A DNA stretch of 63,446 nt, counting the filler, from Thermoplasmatota archaeon (lineage in GTDB: Archaea > Thermoplasmatota > E2 > JACPAO01 > JAHFTW01), in NCBI GenBank assembly GCA_041623215.1. It is 5 parts of 5 records of this genome, joined end to end, with 100 filler letters (N's around TTAATTAATTAA, not from the genome) between each part and the next. Parts side by side here need not be neighbours in the genome. Positions count along the whole stretch, not along the records: positions 51,814 to 63,446 come from JBFJXH010000052.1; 4 more parts are not named here. One strand, given 5' to 3'. The position numbers and the translations under genes were made by a program. Positions 58,413 to 63,446 of the stretch are shown here, piece after piece; within the stretch, counting starts at the first letter, position 1; the number at the start of each line of letters is the position of its first letter. Below the pieces are notes generated by a model. It was not told the DNA's origin and searched no databases. It was given only the letters and a program-made list of their open reading frames with translations.

Positions 58413-58868
58413 GTGCCCGGCCGGACTTACGAGCAATTCCACGAAGGCGACACCATCTCTCACATGGGAGCTTTGTCCATCACCCAGGCGGACAATGAAG
58501 CATTCTGCCGGTTGACGCACAACGACCAACCCTTGCATTGGGACGCCGCGGTCGCCCAGCAAGCTGGATTTCGTGATGTGCTGGTAAACGGCTTGTACAC
58601 GTTTGCCGCCAGCGTCGGCTTAACGGTCCCCGACACGACCGAAGGCACGCTGATTGCGAACCTCGGCTACGAGGATGTTCGCCATCCGCACCCAGTCCAC
58701 CCAGGCGATGTCTTACGCGTCTCGACCACGGTTGCCAGCAAGCGCCCCAGCAGCAAGCCGGGCCGCGGCTTGGTGGTTTTGCAGCACACGGTGACGAACC
58801 AGGATGACATGGTGGTATGCGACTTCCGGCGCACCGTCCTAGTCCAATCGGGCGGTGCAGCCTCGTGA
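58413..58868 (+). CDS. MaoC-family dehydratase
   Basis: GRTYEQF, ITQADN..THNDQPLHWD, IANLGYEDVRHPHPVHPGD. Confidence 0.92.
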   Translation: MPGRTYEQFHEGDTISHMGALSITQADNEAFCRLTHNDQPLHWDAAVAQQAGFRDVLVNGLYTFAASVGLTVPDTTEGTLIANLGYEDVRHPHPVHPGDVLRVSTTVASKRPSSKPGRGLVVLQHTVTNQDDMVVCDFRRTVLVQSGGAAS

Positions 58869-59716
58869 GGATGCGCTCGGTTCTGTTCACGCCTGCACCA
58901 CGGATTGACCGCGTCGAGAAGGCTTGGCGGACGGGTGCAGCCGATGTCGTCGTAGCCGACCTGGAGGACGCGACCCCCCTGGCGGAGAAAGCGAACGCAC
59001 GAAGCGCATTGGCCGACCTGCTTCTTGGCCTACCCACGCACGAGGCCGCTACAATCCGCGCAGTTCGTATCAATCCATGGCCATCAGCGCTTGGCGAAGA
59101 TGATCTGGATGCCATCCTACCGGGCCATCCGGACCTCATTGTGGTGCCCAAGGCCGCCGACGCAGAGTCTGTCGCCGCGTTGGGAGCGCGCCTAGACGAC
59201 GCGGGCAGCGACGCCCGCATCTTGCTGCTATTGGAAACGGCCGAAGGTGTGCTTGCTGCCAGGGAATTAGCCGCAGCCAGCGACCGCGTCGCGGGTCTAG
59301 CTTTTGGCGCCGAAGACTTGGCTGCGGACGCGGGCATGCGACGTAGCCCATCCAATCAAGAGGTGTCCGTGCCTAGGTCCATGGTGGCACTTGCAGCGGC
59401 GGCAAACCGCATCGCTGCCATCGACATGATTACGGCCGACTTCCAGGATGCCGAGCGTTTCAGTCGCGAAGCAAGCGAAGCGCGGGATCTAGGCTACGCC
59501 GGAAAAATGTGCCTGCACCCCGCCCAGGTTTCGCTGGCCCACAAGGCGTTCATGCCAACGCCGGAGGAGATTGCCTGGGCCAAACAAGTGGTGCGGGCGG
59601 CCGAAAACGCCGGGGCGGGCGCCGGCGGCGTAACAGTCGTGGATGGCTCCATGATTGATGTGCCCCTCATCCAACAGGCCCGGCGCATTTTGACGGATGC
59701 GGCTTCTGACCTTTGA
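58865..59716 (+). CDS. CitE-like CoA-ester lyase (HpcH/HpaI family)
   Basis: RSVLFTP, DLEDA, VRIN, VPKA, LETAEG, FGAEDLAAD, GKMCLHPAQ, MIDVP. Confidence 0.92.
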   Translation: MRMRSVLFTPAPRIDRVEKAWRTGAADVVVADLEDATPLAEKANARSALADLLLGLPTHEAATIRAVRINPWPSALGEDDLDAILPGHPDLIVVPKAADAESVAALGARLDDAGSDARILLLLETAEGVLAARELAAASDRVAGLAFGAEDLAADAGMRRSPSNQEVSVPRSMVALAAAANRIAAIDMITADFQDAERFSREASEARDLGYAGKMCLHPAQVSLAHKAFMPTPEEIAWAKQVVRAAENAGAGAGGVTVVDGSMIDVPLIQQARRILTDAASDL

Positions 59717-59764
59717 AGGCCAAGGCGGGCAAGGACTACATGCAATGCACGGCCATGAACGAAT

Positions 59765-60865
59765 ATGGTCGAGTTGGCGAGGCCCCCTGCAGCCCTGCTG
59801 GTAGCGGCGCTAGCTGCCATGGCGCTGCCGATGGCTGGCTGCCTGGAGGACCCGCTGGGCATCCGTGGGCCATTGGGGGACGGACCCGATTCTTGGCCAG
59901 GGTTTGTGGGCGGCGGGCCGTGGCTCAATAGCGAGCCATTGTCCAAGGATGCGCTTCGCGGCCAAGTCGTCCTCGTGGACTTTTGGACCTACAGTTGCAT
60001 CAACTGCATCCGGACCCTTCCACATTTGGTGGCCTGGCACGAGGCCTACGCCGACCACGGGCTCGTCATGGTGGGCGTCCACTCGCCCGAGTTTGATTTT
60101 GAGCGCAACGTCACCAACGTGCTGCACGCCGCGGAAGAACACGGCCTTGAGTACCCCATCGTCCTCGACAATGACTACGCCATCTGGCGCGCATGGGAGA
60201 ATCGATTTTGGCCGCACAAATTCCTCGTAAGTGCTAGCGGCGAAGTTGTATGGGACCGCATCGGCGAAGGCGGCTACGTGGATACCGAACTGCGCCTGCG
60301 GCAGGAGTTGCGAGCCGCTGGCTACACGAACTTGCCGCCGGTTGTGGAGCCGCTGCCGGGCATGGCAGACGGGTCCCGAGCATCCGATGTCACGCATGAA
60401 ATCTACGTCGGCTACGGCCGACAGCCCGACGCCTTGGCAGACGTGGCGTACCGCCCGGACGAAGTGGTGGACCACGGGGACGGGACCACCCGTGCTGCTG
60501 CTCCGGAGCGTGACGCGCTCTATTTGGCTGGTCGCTGGCATCATGGACGGCAGGCGCTGACCACCGTTGCCAATGCTTCCATGGAGCTAACGTTCCGCGC
60601 GGGCGCAGCCAATGTGGTGTTGGCGGGGCCCAGCGGCGCGTGCCTTGACGTGGAAATCGACGGTCGGCCGGTGGCAGCGTCCTTGCGAGGTCCAAGCATT
60701 GATGTGGACGCGGACGGGCAAACGCAGATTTGCCTGCGTGGCAATGACGCCTACCACTTGTTTGCGGGGCCCGTGGCGCAGCACCACCTTCACCTCCGGC
60801 TACCGCCCGGCGTGAGCGTGTACGCCTTTGCTTTCGGCTCCTATGATGGCGGCGGACCGCCTTAG
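59765..60865 (+). CDS. DipZ-like thioredoxin lipoprotein (redoxin + C-terminal beta domain)
   Basis: Lipobox MAGC, WLNSEPL, DFWTYSCINC, GVHSPEF, NRFWP, IGEGGY, YAFAFG. Confidence 0.9.
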   Translation: MVELARPPAALLVAALAAMALPMAGCLEDPLGIRGPLGDGPDSWPGFVGGGPWLNSEPLSKDALRGQVVLVDFWTYSCINCIRTLPHLVAWHEAYADHGLVMVGVHSPEFDFERNVTNVLHAAEEHGLEYPIVLDNDYAIWRAWENRFWPHKFLVSASGEVVWDRIGEGGYVDTELRLRQELRAAGYTNLPPVVEPLPGMADGSRASDVTHEIYVGYGRQPDALADVAYRPDEVVDHGDGTTRAAAPERDALYLAGRWHHGRQALTTVANASMELTFRAGAANVVLAGPSGACLDVEIDGRPVAASLRGPSIDVDADGQTQICLRGNDAYHLFAGPVAQHHLHLRLPPGVSVYAFAFGSYDGGGPP

Positions 60866-60921
60866 GGCAAAGGGGCGACTGAGACGACAAACTTCAAGGC
60901 CCCCAACAATGCCGTCACCCC

Positions 60922-61974
60922 ATGAACAGGGTGCTATTACTGGCAGCCGTTATGCTAACGACCACGCTGGCCGGTTGCACCACGGACGACAACCCGGCCA
61001 CAGCGTTGGATGAGCCAGCGACTGCCACGGAAGCCTTGACCGTAGACTCCATGGCCAACGTGGGCGCACCCCAGTGGGCGGTGCGGGACTGGTTTGGCCA
61101 CCACTTCTTCTTCGGCCCCGACGACGATGAAGGCGTCCACGTAAACGTCATCGTGACCGAGGACCTTGGGAGCCAGTGGTTCTTGGCAACAGACAGCCCT
61201 GAGGTCGCCAAATGGGAGGCTGTCTTCGACCTGCCCATTACCGGCCCCCTGTCCAAGGCCGACCTTGCCACAACCGGATTCAGCGGACCCTGGGATTACT
61301 ACGACTTCCCCATGCGCGACGGCCATTCTTGGCAAGGAACCGTCTCTGGCGACTTTGTCGAAGCCGGCGAAGCGCTGACCTTTACGGCGACTCTCAACGA
61401 ACGCATCCAAACGCCCTACGGGCCCCGACCGGGCTTTGACATCGCAGGCGTCACCGGCGACGGCTTCACCCAAGTCATCACCGACTACGTGCCTGAGCTT
61501 GGCTGGTACACCAACTTCGAATTCTACGATCCCGAGGAGCCGGACGCGTACCAGTTCAAATCGATCAGCATGGGCTTCGGCAGCAACTGGACAGGGACGT
61601 ACTATGTGGACACCGCAACGGAATTGGTGCAGCACATTGACATCACGGCGGCCAATCCTGATGACCCCGCCGCGTCTTCGGTCTCGCCCTCGCCGCACGC
61701 CACCTTCACCGTATCGGAGGCAGCCAATTACATCACCGGATTCTACTTCGACTTCGCCTTCGCGGGCGCCCATGATACAGAAGTCATCGACCCCAACAAT
61801 GAGCGCCATCAATTCACGGTCACCGACACGGGCGCCGCGGGCGCCGGCACGGCGGACCTGATTGACCTGCCACTCGTCGCCGGTGAGTGGCGCATCGTCA
61901 GCGGCGGCGCCGGTGTCGCACACGGATCTGGCCTCCTCCTGTGGGAAGTGTTGGAGACGGCCGGCACCCTCTGA
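60922..61974 (+). CDS. Hypothetical acidic lipoprotein
   Basis: Lipobox LAGC; APQWAVRDWF and YDFPMRDGHSW beta-rich ectodomain. Confidence 0.75.
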   Translation: MNRVLLLAAVMLTTTLAGCTTDDNPATALDEPATATEALTVDSMANVGAPQWAVRDWFGHHFFFGPDDDEGVHVNVIVTEDLGSQWFLATDSPEVAKWEAVFDLPITGPLSKADLATTGFSGPWDYYDFPMRDGHSWQGTVSGDFVEAGEALTFTATLNERIQTPYGPRPGFDIAGVTGDGFTQVITDYVPELGWYTNFEFYDPEEPDAYQFKSISMGFGSNWTGTYYVDTATELVQHIDITAANPDDPAASSVSPSPHATFTVSEAANYITGFYFDFAFAGAHDTEVIDPNNERHQFTVTDTGAAGAGTADLIDLPLVAGEWRIVSGGAGVAHGSGLLLWEVLETAGTL

Positions 61975-61987
61975 ATGTGCGCCGTAA

Positions 61988-63446
61988 CTAGATGACGGTG
62001 CCGTGGCCTTTGGCAGGCAACGGGAGAACCTTGGACTCAAAGGCAGCCAGCCGGGCCACCACCTCACGGCGGAGGTCGCCGGGCGGCACGATGTGGTCAA
62101 CAATCAGGTCATTGGCGGTGACATGGATGTCAATGTCCTTGCGATATTCTTCACGAAGTTCTGCTTCGCGCTTGACGCGCTCATCCGAGTCCTCAATGGC
62201 AGCCAATTGGCGTGCATAGACGGCGTTGATGGCCGCCTCCGCACCCATGACGGCAATCTCCGCACCAGGCAGCGCGAGGGTAGCATCTGGTTCAAACGCC
62301 GGCCCGCACATGGCGTAAATGCCCGCACCATAGGCCTTACGCACAACGATGCAAAGCTTGGGCACCGTCGCCGTGCTCGTGGCGTAAATGAACTTCTTGC
62401 CACGCTTGAGAATGCCTTGCTTTTCTACGTCGGAACCCACCATGAAACCCGGTGTGTCGCATAGATACAAGAGGGGAATATTGTAGGCATCACACTTGGT
62501 GATGAATTCGGCAGCCTTGTCCGCCGAGTGGGGGAAGATGGCCCCGGCGCGGACTGCCGAATTGTTTGCCACGATGCCGACGACCCGGCCATCCACGCGC
62601 GCAAACGCGGTGATGAGTTCGGCCGCATGGTCTGCTTGCAGTTCCAAAAGGCTGTCCGCATCGATGATGTGGTCAATCACTTCGTGCATGTCAAACGCGG
62701 CATTGGGGTCTGCCGGGACCACGTCATCCAAGCCATCCACCGGCACAGCGGGGGGGCGTCCTTCGTACCGGGGAGGCAGCTCATGGCAATTGTCCGGCAG
62801 GTAGCCTAGGAGGCGCCAGGCTGCAATTGCTGCTTCTTCTTCGGAGTCAACGACAAGATGACAACTGCCCGACTCTGTCATATGGACATCCGCACCACCC
62901 AACTCTTGCATGTCAATCTGTTCGCCAGTTACCATTTCGACCATGCGGGGGCTGGCAATGCACAAGGCGCTCATGCCCCGCACCATGATGCTGAAGTCAC
63001 AGAAAATGGGCGTATAGGCGGCCCCAGCAACGCATGGCCCATACAGGACAGATACTTGCGGAATCTTGCCGCTTAAGATACTGTGATTGTAGAAATATTT
63101 GCCAATGCCACGGAGGTTGGCAAAGAAGCCAGCCTGGTCGGTAATCCGTGCGCCGCTGGAGTCGATGAGGTACAGGATGGGCTTCTGGGTGCGCAGGGCG
63201 CGCTCCTGCACCCGAAGGAATTTTTCGACCCCGCGCTCGGCCATGCTCCCCGCCTTGATGGTGTAATCATTGGCAATCACCCAGACCGTGCGGTCGCCCA
63301 GGGTACCAGTGCCGGTGACCATACCGTCGGCCGCCAGACCCTCGTCTGCCCGGAGATTGTTGGCAAAGAGGCCATCCTCGAAATCTAGTCCCTCGGTGAA
63401 AAACAGCTGCAGGCGGTCGCGCACGAAGCGCTTGCCGGGCCCTTCA
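61988..63446 (-). CDS. Acyl-CoA carboxylase carboxyltransferase (beta) subunit, 5' end outside the window
   Basis: ANDYTIKAGS, DSSGARI, GPCVAGAAY, ELGGADVH, DTPGFMVG, RKAYGAG, IAVMG. Confidence 0.95.
   Translation of the reverse strand, partial: EGPGKRFVRDRLQLFFTEGLDFEDGLFANNLRADEGLAADGMVTGTGTLGDRTVWVIANDYTIKAGSMAERGVEKFLRVQERALRTQKPILYLIDSSGARITDQAGFFANLRGIGKYFYNHSILSGKIPQVSVLYGPCVAGAAYTPIFCDFSIMVRGMSALCIASPRMVEMVTGEQIDMQELGGADVHMTESGSCHLVVDSEEEAAIAAWRLLGYLPDNCHELPPRYEGRPPAVPVDGLDDVVPADPNAAFDMHEVIDHIIDADSLLELQADHAAELITAFARVDGRVVGIVANNSAVRAGAIFPHSADKAAEFITKCDAYNIPLLYLCDTPGFMVGSDVEKQGILKRGKKFIYATSTATVPKLCIVVRKAYGAGIYAMCGPAFEPDATLALPGAEIAVMGAEAAINAVYARQLAAIEDSDERVKREAELREEYRKDIDIHVTANDLIVDHIVPPGDLRREVVARLAAFESKVLPLPAKGHGTVI

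Noticed and set aside
58413..63446. Autotrophic 3-hydroxypropionate-type carbon fixation cluster (MaoC + CitE-like lyase + carboxyltransferase)
   Set aside because: These families are widespread in acyl-CoA and branched-chain catabolism. No diagnostic enzyme such as malonyl-CoA reductase or 4-hydroxybutyryl-CoA dehydratase is present, and the carboxyltransferase is on the opposite strand.
1..63446. Mobile elements, defence systems, rRNA
   Set aside because: I recognised no transposase, integrase, cas, restriction or rRNA signatures in this window.

Overview
GC-rich archaeal DNA, probably an uncultured Thermoplasmatota-like MAG (the lineage is an inference; the archaeal markers are clear: aEF-2 with a diphthamide motif, aIF2-alpha, Nop10, fibrillarin, rpoN, eL18/eL42/eS27). 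The window is five unrelated contig pieces joined by artificial N-TTAATTAATTAA-N linkers (13371-13470, 26602-26701, 39342-39441, 51714-51813), so genes on either side of a linker are not true neighbours. Piece 1 holds a beta-helix protein fragment, a radical SAM enzyme, serA, an SDR, rpl18e-rpl13-rps9-rpoN and a coupled KaiC-like / 7TM / MASE1-PAS kinase operon. Piece 2 holds the rps7 tail, an inverted Kelch-PKD gene, EF-2 and a type IV pilus-like locus headed by a KaiC-like pseudo-ATPase. Piece 3 holds a giant DxDxDG Ca-binding repeat protein, a DHH/RecJ nuclease and alaS. Piece 4 holds tRNA-Lys(UUU), an LVIVD lipoprotein, a degenerate group II chaperonin, a copper radical oxidase with a DM13 gene, an ABC1 kinase and rpl44e-rps27e-aIF2a-nop10-PAC2. 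Piece 5 opens with an unannotated RGG/GAR-repeat C-terminus coupled to fibrillarin, followed by a cytochrome c/b fusion with a two-domain multicopper oxidase and a microprotein, tmk, MaoC/CitE, a DipZ-like thioredoxin and a carboxyltransferase. The most notable items are the eukaryote-like RGG array upstream of fibrillarin, the heme/copper redox module, the pseudo-chaperonin and the pilus-linked pseudo-KaiC. All calls come from reading motifs by eye; no database searches were run.
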